Assembly (NCBI GenBank): GCA_964202895.1
Contig: CAXNJM010000001.1
Span: forward strand, 176,673 to 240,672
From: Rickettsiales bacterium UBA1997
Lineage (GTDB): Bacteria; Pseudomonadota; Alphaproteobacteria; Rickettsiales; UBA1997
Direction of reading: 5' to 3'
Length of the DNA: 64,000 nt
In this document: piece by piece, positions 48,356 through 56,675 of the stretch
How positions within the stretch are numbered: position 1 is the stretch's first letter
Layout: each line of letters starts with the position of its first letter
Notes under the pieces: generated by a model
Databases searched by the model: none
Seen by the model: only the letters and a program-made list of their open reading frames with translations
Told to the model about the DNA's origin: nothing
Translations under genes and position numbers: made by a program

Positions 48356-49975
48356 ATGTCAAAAAAACCTCGTATTTATCTATATGATTCAACTTTAAGA
48401 GATGGTGCTCAAACTAGCACGGTCAATTTTACCCTTAATGATAAAATTGAAATTGCTAAAATGCTTAACGATCTAGGAATTGACTACATAGAAGGTGGTT
48501 GGCCAGGATCAAACCCACTCGATGATGAGTTTTTTTCTAATTTACCACATTTAAACAATTCAAAATTTGTTGCTTTTGGAATGACGAGAAGAAGCAAAAT
48601 CTCAGCACAAAATGATGAAGGAATTAATTCTCTTGTTAATAGCAATGTTGGCTCTGTTTGTATCGTTGGTAAAAGTTGGGATTTTCAATTAAATAATGCT
48701 CTTAACATTACTCAGGAAGAGAATCTAGCGATGATAGGAGAATCAATTGCCTATATTAATAAAAAGAAGAAAGAGGCTATGTTTGATGCAGAGCATTTTT
48801 TTGATGGTTACAAATCTAATCGAAAATTTGCTTTAGAATGTTTAAAAACGGCTTTCCACAATAAAGCTAGATGGATAATATTATGCGATACCAATGGCGG
48901 TACTTTACCAAATGAAATTGAGCAGATTATAAATGAAGTTACTAAGGAAATTCCAGGAGAGTACCTAGGAATTCACTGTCACAACGACACTGGGAATGCG
49001 ATAGCAAACTCCCTAATAGCGGTAAAAGCAGGAGTTAGGCAAGTTCAAGGCACGATTAATGGTCTTGGTGAAAGATGCGGTAATGCCAATCTTATCTCTA
49101 TTATTCCTAATCTTGTTTTAAAAATGGGTTATGATGTTGGTATTGAAGATTCTCAATTAAAGAATTTGGTAAAAACCTCTAATTTTCTTGATGATTTATT
49201 AAATCAAGAAAGAAACAAATTCGCTCCATTTGTTGGTAAATATGCTTTTGCTCACAAGGGCGGGCTTCATGTTTCTGCGGTAATGAAAAATCCAGAATGT
49301 TATGAGCATGTAAATCCTGAATCCGTAGGCAATAAAAGACAAATCATGATATCGAATCAAGCCGGTCGCTCCAACATTATCTCTCGCCTTAAAGATATAG
49401 GAATTGACCCCGATAAAGATATAAAATTTAGTCAAATATCTGATTTAGTTAACAAAGTAAAAGATCTTGAAGCTAAAGGTTATGCTTTTGATGGTGCTGA
49501 TGCAAGTTTTGAATTATTGGTTAACAGATCTCTTTCCGTGGTTCCGAGCTTTTTTGAATTGATTAGTTTTAGAGTCTTAAATGAAAGAAAATTCAATAAA
49601 AATGGCAAAATAACTACCACTGCTGAGGCAACAATTAAAATTAAAATTGAAAATAAAACAATAATGGCGGTAGCTGAAGGGAATGGTCCCGTCAATGCTC
49701 TAGATAAATCGCTTCGCAAGGCATTGATAAAAAAATATCCAGCTCTAAAAAGTGTTAAGTTGATTGATTATAAAGTGAGAATTTTACCTTCTTCGCAAGA
49801 TTCAAGTCAAAAAAAGCACCAAGGAACTAAGGCAGTTACAAGGGTTCAAATTGAATCTGGAGATAATTTTGGCAATAAATGGTCAACAATCGGAGTTTCT
49901 GAAAATATTGTTGATGCATCATTTTATGCAATTTACGATAGCATAAATTACAAACTAATGAAAGAGTTGAAATAA
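48356..49975 (+). CDS. cimA: Citramalate synthase (LeuA/CimA family)
   Basis: 'IYLYDSTLRDGAQ', 'YIEGGWPGSNP.D.EFF', 'HCHNDTGNAIANSL', and a C-terminal LeuA-dimer-type regulatory domain. Confidence 0.7.
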   Translation: MSKKPRIYLYDSTLRDGAQTSTVNFTLNDKIEIAKMLNDLGIDYIEGGWPGSNPLDDEFFSNLPHLNNSKFVAFGMTRRSKISAQNDEGINSLVNSNVGSVCIVGKSWDFQLNNALNITQEENLAMIGESIAYINKKKKEAMFDAEHFFDGYKSNRKFALECLKTAFHNKARWIILCDTNGGTLPNEIEQIINEVTKEIPGEYLGIHCHNDTGNAIANSLIAVKAGVRQVQGTINGLGERCGNANLISIIPNLVLKMGYDVGIEDSQLKNLVKTSNFLDDLLNQERNKFAPFVGKYAFAHKGGLHVSAVMKNPECYEHVNPESVGNKRQIMISNQAGRSNIISRLKDIGIDPDKDIKFSQISDLVNKVKDLEAKGYAFDGADASFELLVNRSLSVVPSFFELISFRVLNERKFNKNGKITTTAEATIKIKIENKTIMAVAEGNGPVNALDKSLRKALIKKYPALKSVKLIDYKVRILPSSQDSSQKKHQGTKAVTRVQIESGDNFGNKWSTIGVSENIVDASFYAIYDSINYKLMKELK

Positions 49976-49991
49976 TTGATGACTTTTTATT

Positions 49992-50441
49992 TTATAAATC
50001 AATGGCAAGGGTTAAGAATTCTTGCTCTTGACTGAATCCAAAAGATTGATATAAATTTTGAGCGGGTTGATTATTTTTTGCTGTTTGTAAAATTATTTTT
50101 GTAATATTTTGAGTTTTTGCAACCTCTAGAGCCTTAACCAGCATTGCTCGACCAATTTTTTTATTTCGATATTTTTCAGCAACATATAAATCATTTAAAA
50201 TATATATTTTTTTTAATCCAACCGAGGAAAAAGATTGATATATTTGCATAAATGCCACAGGATTATTTTCTATCAAACCCAAATAAACTAGAGACTCATT
50301 GTTAATAATTCTTTCTGATAAGAAATCATAACAACCTCTAATATTGGGCTGTTGATTATAAAAAGTTCGATAATCATTAAAAATTAGAGATGCTATATCA
50401 ATATTTTCTAGCTCAGCTCTTATAATTTGTAGCTCTTTCAT
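49992..50441 (-). CDS. GNAT-family N-acetyltransferase
   Basis: 149 aa with the acetyl-CoA motif 'VAEKYRNKKIGRAML' and '...NQPAQNLYQSFGF'. Confidence 0.75.
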   Translation of the reverse strand: MKELQIIRAELENIDIASLIFNDYRTFYNQQPNIRGCYDFLSERIINNESLVYLGLIENNPVAFMQIYQSFSSVGLKKIYILNDLYVAEKYRNKKIGRAMLVKALEVAKTQNITKIILQTAKNNQPAQNLYQSFGFSQEQEFLTLAIDL

Positions 50442-50472
50442 TAAAATTACTATTTTTTGGAAGTTTTCTAAA

Positions 50473-51108
50473 TCATTGCGAAGTCATGCAGAACGAACTC
50501 CAGCTGGGGATATTAAAATTAACTTCAATTTTTTCTGGAATATCACCATCTTGCTTTTGTTGCTTTGTTGATGGAGTCTCCTTAGTTGAGTAGTAATAGA
50601 GCGGTTTTTCAACTAAACAACTCGCCGCCTTTTCAGGTTTTAAGGTTGCATTTTCTGTATCAAAATAATCAGTAAGAAAAGTATCAGGATTTATTTTTTT
50701 ATTATCGCTAGAAGGATCATTGCTATTCAAAGTAAACCTTTTTGTTGTAGCATCGTATGAAGCTGGATAACAGCCTCCTGTTTGAACAAAAATCCTTTTA
50801 TATTCCTCTTGGTTGAAATGCATTTTTATTGTATTTCCACTGCCATCAACATATTCAACAACATACATATTAAACAATTGGTAAATTGATTTAAGGAGAG
50901 ATTGTTGTTGTTGCGGTAGTTGCTGGGAGTTGCTTAGGGAGTTGTTTAGGTATTCTATTTGAGAATTATCTTGTACTTCTTGTTGCGATGGTTGCTGGAA
51001 GCTGTTTAGGTCTTCTATTCGAGAACTATTTTGTGAAGATGGTTCCGATTTTTTTCTGTTATATTCTTCTTGATGAGATGTTTTATTAAATTGAAAATTT
51101 GTTTTCAT
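50473..51108 (-). CDS. Hypothetical protein with a Q/S/N-rich repeated N-terminus
   Basis: 211 aa. Starts 16 nt after the stop of the giant ORF. No family recognised. Confidence 0.5.
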   Translation of the reverse strand: MKTNFQFNKTSHQEEYNRKKSEPSSQNSSRIEDLNSFQQPSQQEVQDNSQIEYLNNSLSNSQQLPQQQQSLLKSIYQLFNMYVVEYVDGSGNTIKMHFNQEEYKRIFVQTGGCYPASYDATTKRFTLNSNDPSSDNKKINPDTFLTDYFDTENATLKPEKAASCLVEKPLYYYSTKETPSTKQQKQDGDIPEKIEVNFNIPSWSSFCMTSQ

Positions 51109-51124
51109 AGTTTTAAATAATTTA

Positions 51125-53920
51125 TTATCTGATATTTTGAATATTTTTATTCAAATCAGTATATTTTGTATTTTTAATATCACATTGTATTGATATCGGT
51201 TGTGATTCTTTATTATTTTGATAAATTTGACAAATTAATTTATTATTACTAATATTATTTAGATAACAAGGATAATCACTTTTCTTAGAAATAATTTCAT
51301 TTTGATTGAATTTTAGTTCCACAACATCAAGTTTTTTATAAATGTCACGTTTATCATCAATATTTGCAAAAGTAATATTAACTTGATCTTTGTTTTTATC
51401 ATTTTCTTTCATATCGCAATAAATTGAAATATTATTATTGATATAAAATATTTTTTTATCATCTCTTTCAAAATAATATAATTCTTCTTTTGCTTTTTTT
51501 ACATCAAAATTTTTATCTAATATCTCAATAACTCCAATAATTTCATCTTTTTCATATATGCGAAGTTGTAAGTCATCGCCTTTTTGATTTTTGTCTTTAT
51601 CAGTCTCTATTCTATATTCACTATTTGCTCTTAGATTAATTAGTTTAGCTTGACGACACAATGAACTAGGCACCTTTTTTTCAATTTGTTGCTTTAAACC
51701 TAAATTTTCTTCTATTTTCCTTAAATCTTTTAAAATATCATCTTTATTACGATTTTTTATTTCCAATAATTTTGTGCAAAAATTTTCTAGCTGATTACTG
51801 ATATCAAATTCTTCATCTCCGACCAAAGAAAGACCATCCATATATTTTTTTGTTAATTCTTTTTTAAAGATATCAATTACTTCATTAGAGAATTTTATGT
51901 TTTTAAGTTCTTTTTCATCAATTTTTTCAAGATATTTGATTACTTTTTCAAGAATATTGGCAGTTACTTTTCTTGCAATTTCAACATTAATAGCATTATT
52001 TTTGTTATCAACAGGCAATTCAAAAAGCTCCAGCAACTGCTCGTCGGCGGTTCTTGCTTGGATTTTTTCTAAATCTTTGCCAAGTTTATCGTAAATATTG
52101 AATTTTAAGTTGTTAAAATGAGTTAGATTATCTCTTGGATCCAACATCTTCAAGTTAAATTCTTGTATTTTTGCACTGAAATAGCCAAGCTCTTTAACAA
52201 TAGATTCTTTCAAGTCTTTATTAGGATCTATTTCTTCATTAAGATCTATTTTTGTTTTTATCGCATCAATCTTTTGATTTATTTCTTCTATATGCTTTTT
52301 TCCCCCCGAGCCAAGACCAAGAAAATTTTTCGAATTATTATATTGATTAACCAGCCCACCAATTTCTTGCAATAAATTGCCGATATTTTTATCTTTATCT
52401 GGGGCATTATCAGCAGTTTTTACAATCTGAAACTGCGAAAGAAGATCAACATATTCCCCTAGTGGAGTATCTTTAATAGATGATTCTGTTAATTTTTGCT
52501 TTAAATCTTCCAAAGCAAGAGGTTGCAAGCCATTTTCGAATTTTCTTATCGATCTTTCCCTATCAAGATTTGTAAGCCCAGATTTATCAATAAATTGCTT
52601 GTTTTTATGAGAAAACCAGGTGTAAAGCGAAGCAACTCGATCAGATTCAGAAGTAGCAACCTTGCCCACTTGCGAATTTTTTATTTCTCTATCATAATTA
52701 AAGCTTTTATGTAAAGTAGTATCAAACATTTGCCCTAACATTGTCTTTACTGGCTCAACAACATTATTATAATTAACAATTTTGTTATATTCAGTATTTT
52801 TAGTGTTATTTTTAACATTTTTAGCAAATATTTTTTCTATTTCCTCTTTTTTATTATCGCCTCTATTAAAATTACTTGCCTTATTGCCAATATTATTATT
52901 AACATATTTATTGATGCCTTTATTAATTCTATTTTCAGAGAAAATTAGCAATGACTCATTAATATATTCTGCTACAGTCAATTCTCTTTTTATATTAGAT
53001 TTAGAAATTAATAAATCTTTATTGAAGCCAATCTCATCATTTATATTTATATCTAATTTTGTATCTAGAATCTTATTTATTATTTCGCTATTAATGCCAT
53101 TTTGCATCATTTTTATTGCATTAATTTTATCATCTAAATCAATTTCAATTTTTTTAATATCATTTACATCCTGCCTCAGATATTCTAGAGGTAAATTAAT
53201 TGATATATTTTTATCGTCATATATTATTAAATCTTGGTATCCAGAAATTTCCCACTGCAATTTATCCAAGGATTCCAATATATTGCTTTGTATAAAATAA
53301 CTATCGAGTAAAGTCTGATTTTCATTATTTATTATTTGAGGAATTTTTTTCTTTAGATATTCAATTTTATTATTGCAATACTCTTTTGACATTATCTTAA
53401 ACAATGCTCGATTTGGCTCCGTCATAAAATCTTTTCCAAATTCTTCAATAAAATTACTATATCTTGCTTTTTGCGAATTAATAAATATTGATAATAGTTT
53501 TTTATTATTTTTTTCATCTTTTGCCATTCCAATTATTTTATTGAAGTCTTGTTTTAGAACATTAATAGATTTAATAATTTTTTCTTTAATATTTTCTGTA
53601 TTTTGTTGTTTTATAGAGAAGAATCTAATAATTTTATTCTGTATTGGCAATTTATCGTTATGATCAATTGCCTTGGCTAAAATCAGCTGTTTTTCTAAAT
53701 TTTTAAGATCATTTTCATTTTTTAAGATATCTTTCTTGGCGTTTTTAATATAGATTTCTATATCAGCTTTTATTATCTTATTATTAGTATTAAATGGATA
53801 TTTTTTCTGAGCAAATAATTTTGAATATTCTTCGCCATTTTTAGCAATATACTGCATCAAAAAATTAAAGTTGGAAATTAATCTATTCCTATCAATATAT
53901 TGCTCTAAATCATTTTCCAA
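51125..53920 (-). CDS. Giant hypothetical N/K/I-rich protein, segment C (frame open upstream to 54109)
   Basis: A 931-aa ORF called from TTG. The same frame continues stop-free to TGA at 54112-54110. No recognisable domain. Confidence 0.6.
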   Translation of the reverse strand: MENDLEQYIDRNRLISNFNFLMQYIAKNGEEYSKLFAQKKYPFNTNNKIIKADIEIYIKNAKKDILKNENDLKNLEKQLILAKAIDHNDKLPIQNKIIRFFSIKQQNTENIKEKIIKSINVLKQDFNKIIGMAKDEKNNKKLLSIFINSQKARYSNFIEEFGKDFMTEPNRALFKIMSKEYCNNKIEYLKKKIPQIINNENQTLLDSYFIQSNILESLDKLQWEISGYQDLIIYDDKNISINLPLEYLRQDVNDIKKIEIDLDDKINAIKMMQNGINSEIINKILDTKLDININDEIGFNKDLLISKSNIKRELTVAEYINESLLIFSENRINKGINKYVNNNIGNKASNFNRGDNKKEEIEKIFAKNVKNNTKNTEYNKIVNYNNVVEPVKTMLGQMFDTTLHKSFNYDREIKNSQVGKVATSESDRVASLYTWFSHKNKQFIDKSGLTNLDRERSIRKFENGLQPLALEDLKQKLTESSIKDTPLGEYVDLLSQFQIVKTADNAPDKDKNIGNLLQEIGGLVNQYNNSKNFLGLGSGGKKHIEEINQKIDAIKTKIDLNEEIDPNKDLKESIVKELGYFSAKIQEFNLKMLDPRDNLTHFNNLKFNIYDKLGKDLEKIQARTADEQLLELFELPVDNKNNAINVEIARKVTANILEKVIKYLEKIDEKELKNIKFSNEVIDIFKKELTKKYMDGLSLVGDEEFDISNQLENFCTKLLEIKNRNKDDILKDLRKIEENLGLKQQIEKKVPSSLCRQAKLINLRANSEYRIETDKDKNQKGDDLQLRIYEKDEIIGVIEILDKNFDVKKAKEELYYFERDDKKIFYINNNISIYCDMKENDKNKDQVNITFANIDDKRDIYKKLDVVELKFNQNEIISKKSDYPCYLNNISNNKLICQIYQNNKESQPISIQCDIKNTKYTDLNKNIQNIR

Positions 53921-54000
53921 AATACCTTTTTCTAATAATTTATCTTTTAAATTAGCAATATTATTTGCAACTTCTCTTTTTTGTTCTTTATTTTTATCAT

Positions 54001-55374
54001 TCAGATAAATCTTATTTTTATAATCTTTGATAATTGCATCATTAATATTTTTTTCTCTTCTGCTAACTTTTTCTTCACCTCCTCTTCTACCCTTCTCTTT
54101 TCCTCTTCCTCAGCCTTTTTCTTTTCTTCCTCGAGTTTCTTTTTTGTCTCTAATTCCACTTTCTTTTTTTCCTCCTCAGTCTTTCTCTTAGCCTCTTCCT
54201 CCTTGGCTCTTTCTTGTTTGAAGTTGTTGATTATGTTGTGGAGATTGGCTTGATTGTTGAGTTGGTTGTTATTGATGGGTTGGATAAGGAGATTATCGAT
54301 GATTGATAATCGTTTGGTGATTAAATCTTGTTGTTGTGGTTTGATTTGTTTTGATTGATTGATTTCTTTGCTAAAATTATTAATGAGGAGATTAGCTTGT
54401 TCTTGTAGTTTGCCTTGGATTTCTTGATTAAATATTAGTTTGAATAATAGTGGATTTTCTGTTTTAAGATGATTAATGATAAGGGAGTAATTGGCGATTT
54501 CACTCAGTGAATCATTAATTTGTTGGTTATTGCCGTTATTAATGATTTGAGTAATAATAGGAGTAATGTGGTTTTGGAATAATTGGCTTTGAGTAAGGAA
54601 GTAGTTGGCAATGAAGAGGTTTTCTGCTATTTGTTTGTTATTTTCTTGTTTATTATCTCCTTGTTTATTATTGATAAAATCATTATGGAAGACGTTGGTA
54701 ATATTATTATATTTGATATTTACTGATTTTTTAATTGGTAGTAATTTTCTGTTCTTTTCAATGGTGATGAGGTTTTTTGCTTCATCGATTTTGGTTATTT
54801 TTGCTTCTTGGTTTTTATATTTATGAAGGAATTTAAAATAACGATTAGCATCTATTTCATTATCGATAACGATGAATTGCGGTGAATTATCTTGATTATT
54901 GGCTTTATAGATGATTTTATTGGCTTTGTTATTACTGATAAAAATGAGATTACTATTAATATTGATTATCTCATTGATTCTTGGCTGTTGGCTGATAGTA
55001 AAAACACCTTTGGCTAATTGTCCGTTTTTAATGCTGAAGTTGTAATTATTGGTAGTTTCTTGATTATTATTACTATAAATGTTATGAGCTGATTTAAATA
55101 ATAAGTTATTACCAACTTTTTGTAAAACAAATTCATCACTTTTAGCGGGGTAATTATCAATATTAGCAAGATTAGCTAGATGATTATATTGATTGAGATA
55201 AGTCTTTTGAAGTAATTTATTAACTTCTTTTTTTATCTTATTAATATCAATCTTATTATTGCTGTTAAATTGTTTAATGATTTCTGCTGTATTAATTGTA
55301 CTAGGTAGTTTTAATATTAATGGCTGTTGATTATTGTTATCAACAATGCCAATTACTTTATTAATTGTAAAATA
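54001..55374 (-). CDS. Giant hypothetical protein, segment B: a 457-codon open frame with no ATG/GTG/TTG start (absent from the ORF track)
   Basis: Hand translation of the minus strand: ...GIVDNNNQQPLILKLPSTINTAEIIKQFNSNNKIDINKIKKEVNKLLQ ... FKQERAKEEEAKRKTEEEKKKVELETKKKLEEEKKKAEEEEKRRVEEEVKKKLAEEKKILMMQLSKIIKIRFI*. It is bounded by TGA (55377-55375) and TGA (54003-54001). An open frame this long is highly unlikely by chance in DNA this AT-rich. Confidence 0.6.
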   Translation of the reverse strand, partial: YFTINKVIGIVDNNNQQPLILKLPSTINTAEIIKQFNSNNKIDINKIKKEVNKLLQKTYLNQYNHLANLANIDNYPAKSDEFVLQKVGNNLLFKSAHNIYSNNNQETTNNYNFSIKNGQLAKGVFTISQQPRINEIININSNLIFISNNKANKIIYKANNQDNSPQFIVIDNEIDANRYFKFLHKYKNQEAKITKIDEAKNLITIEKNRKLLPIKKSVNIKYNNITNVFHNDFINNKQGDNKQENNKQIAENLFIANYFLTQSQLFQNHITPIITQIINNGNNQQINDSLSEIANYSLIINHLKTENPLLFKLIFNQEIQGKLQEQANLLINNFSKEINQSKQIKPQQQDLITKRLSIIDNLLIQPINNNQLNNQANLHNIINNFKQERAKEEEAKRKTEEEKKKVELETKKKLEEEKKKAEEEEKRRVEEEVKKKLAEEKKILMMQLSKIIKIRFI

Positions 55375-56111
55375 TCACCAAGATTCTTTTTATGTATTTG
55401 CTGTTTATGAAGTAGGATATTAGAAGCACTTAGTGATTTATTAATATAGCTTTTCTCATTATAAAATGATACAGGATATTGCTTTTGTTGTTCTTTTTGC
55501 TGTTGTAAGTTAAGCTGTTGATAGGTATCATTATCTCTTTGCCCCATAGAATCGCTGAGAATGTTGTCACCAATTCTAAAGGTTTTATTATGAATATTGC
55601 TTTTATCTAGCTGGCTATGAAAGCTTTTATTATTTAAATCCTGAGCTTTATCATCTTTACTTTTATCTAATTTATCAAATTTAACAAAAAGAGTGAGATT
55701 GCTATTGGAGTTGTTATTAATAGTAACAAAGCCATAATTAGTGAAATTATCATCACGATTAGCAATAATTGAAGTAATAATGCCATTATCTTTCTCCTTG
55801 CTATCGTTAATTTGCAATACCAGCTGGAAGTTAAAACCTAAAGCCTCTTCTTGCCCCGGATAATCATAATTTAAATTATAAGGTAAATTATGATTGTTAT
55901 TTTGATTAGCAATCTCTTCATTACTATCAATTTCTTCTTTGATTATATCTCTTCCTAATTTATCAATATGTCTATCAAGATTACGATTAATATTCTGCTG
56001 ATTACTTATGCCAAATCTAAAATTATCATATTCATTATCAAATGATGATTGATTAAGTAAATTGATGATTGAATCTTGTCCTTGATTTTGTAGATTATTT
56101 TGATTTTTCAT
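55353..56111 (-). CDS. Giant hypothetical protein, segment A (N-terminal 252 aa, N/Q/D-rich)
   Basis: ATG-initiated ORF. Its stop overlaps the beginning of open frame B by 22 nt. Confidence 0.55.
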   Translation of the reverse strand: MKNQNNLQNQGQDSIINLLNQSSFDNEYDNFRFGISNQQNINRNLDRHIDKLGRDIIKEEIDSNEEIANQNNNHNLPYNLNYDYPGQEEALGFNFQLVLQINDSKEKDNGIITSIIANRDDNFTNYGFVTINNNSNSNLTLFVKFDKLDKSKDDKAQDLNNKSFHSQLDKSNIHNKTFRIGDNILSDSMGQRDNDTYQQLNLQQQKEQQKQYPVSFYNEKSYINKSLSASNILLHKQQIHKKNLGDILQLIK

Positions 56112-56321
56112 GGCGATAATATGATTAAGTTAGAATTAAGTTATAATTAATTTGAAGTTAAATTAGAACTAAAAAAGTGAGATTATGAGATAGTCTCATT
56201 ATTTAATAAAATAGAGCTTGGTAAGTAGTGGAAGCCTCAAACTAAAACAGTAAAAATAAAAATCTAGCTTTTTTAAGATAAATTTTTTTGAGATAAAGCT
56301 GAGAATAAATTCCCCTTTCTT

Positions 56322-56369
56322 AAAATAAAAATAGGGGGGGTGGATGCGAAGCAGACCTCGCTCCCCTAT
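56322..56369 (-). terminator. Terminator-like hairpin with a G7/C7 tract (minus-strand orientation)
   Basis: Arms atagggg (56331-56337) / cccctat (56363-56369). On the minus strand the hairpin is followed by TTTTATTTT (complement of 56322-56330). Confidence 0.4.
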
Positions 56370-56420
56370 AAACTATAAAATAAAAAAGAATAATTCAAAA
56401 AATCAAAGCCAATTTCACTT

Positions 56421-56512
56421 GGCAACAAGGGGTTTTAACCCCCCAAGATAATAGGCAACAAGGGGTTTTAACCCCCCAAGATAATAGGCAACAAGGGGTT
56501 TTAACCCCTTGT
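56421..56512. repeat. 33-bp tandem repeat (2 identical units plus one diverged unit), each unit holding a GC-rich palindrome
   Basis: ggcaacaaggggttttaaccccccaagataata at 56421-56453 and 56454-56486 are identical. The third unit (56487-56512) ends in the perfect palindrome caaggggtt-tt-aaccccttg. Confidence 0.9.
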
Positions 56513-56611
56513 CAAGCAATGAAAACAGGCTAATAAGACCTAATACTAAATCCCATCTTTAAAATTTTGAAAAATATTAAAATTCTAACTTCATATTTTT
56601 GGCTAAAAATC

Positions 56612-56644
56612 TCTAAAAAGCCTTAGCTGTATGGATATACAGCT
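56612..56644 (-). terminator. Rho-independent terminator after the purD / 230-aa gene pair
   Basis: An 8-bp stem agctgtat (56625-56632) / atacagct (56637-56644) with loop ggat. On the minus strand it is followed by aaggcTTTTT. It lies about 30 nt downstream of the stop at 56676. Confidence 0.65.
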
Positions 56645-56675
56645 TCATTTTTTAAAGATTTTTATTGTAAAAATG

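Noticed and set aside
52782-54826. Plus-strand ORFs 52782-53300, 53373-53663, 53981-54253 and 54605-54826 (L/F/S/I-rich)
   Set aside because: They are antisense shadows of the minus-strand giant gene. For example, the S/F-rich 53981-54253 ORF is the complement of the E/K-coding run. They are hydrophobic low-complexity artefacts of reading N/K/E codons backwards.
56331-56369. Possible SRP (4.5S) RNA because of the 'GAAGCAG' string in a GC-rich hairpin
   Set aside because: The element is far too short. It lacks the conserved GGAA-tetraloop/symmetric-loop context (…CAGGUC…GGAAGCAGCC…) and an extended helix 8 pairing.
56421-56512. Possible CRISPR array
   Set aside because: The 33-bp units are directly contiguous with no unique spacers, there are fewer than three full copies, and no cas genes are present. 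This is a tandem repeat, not a CRISPR array.
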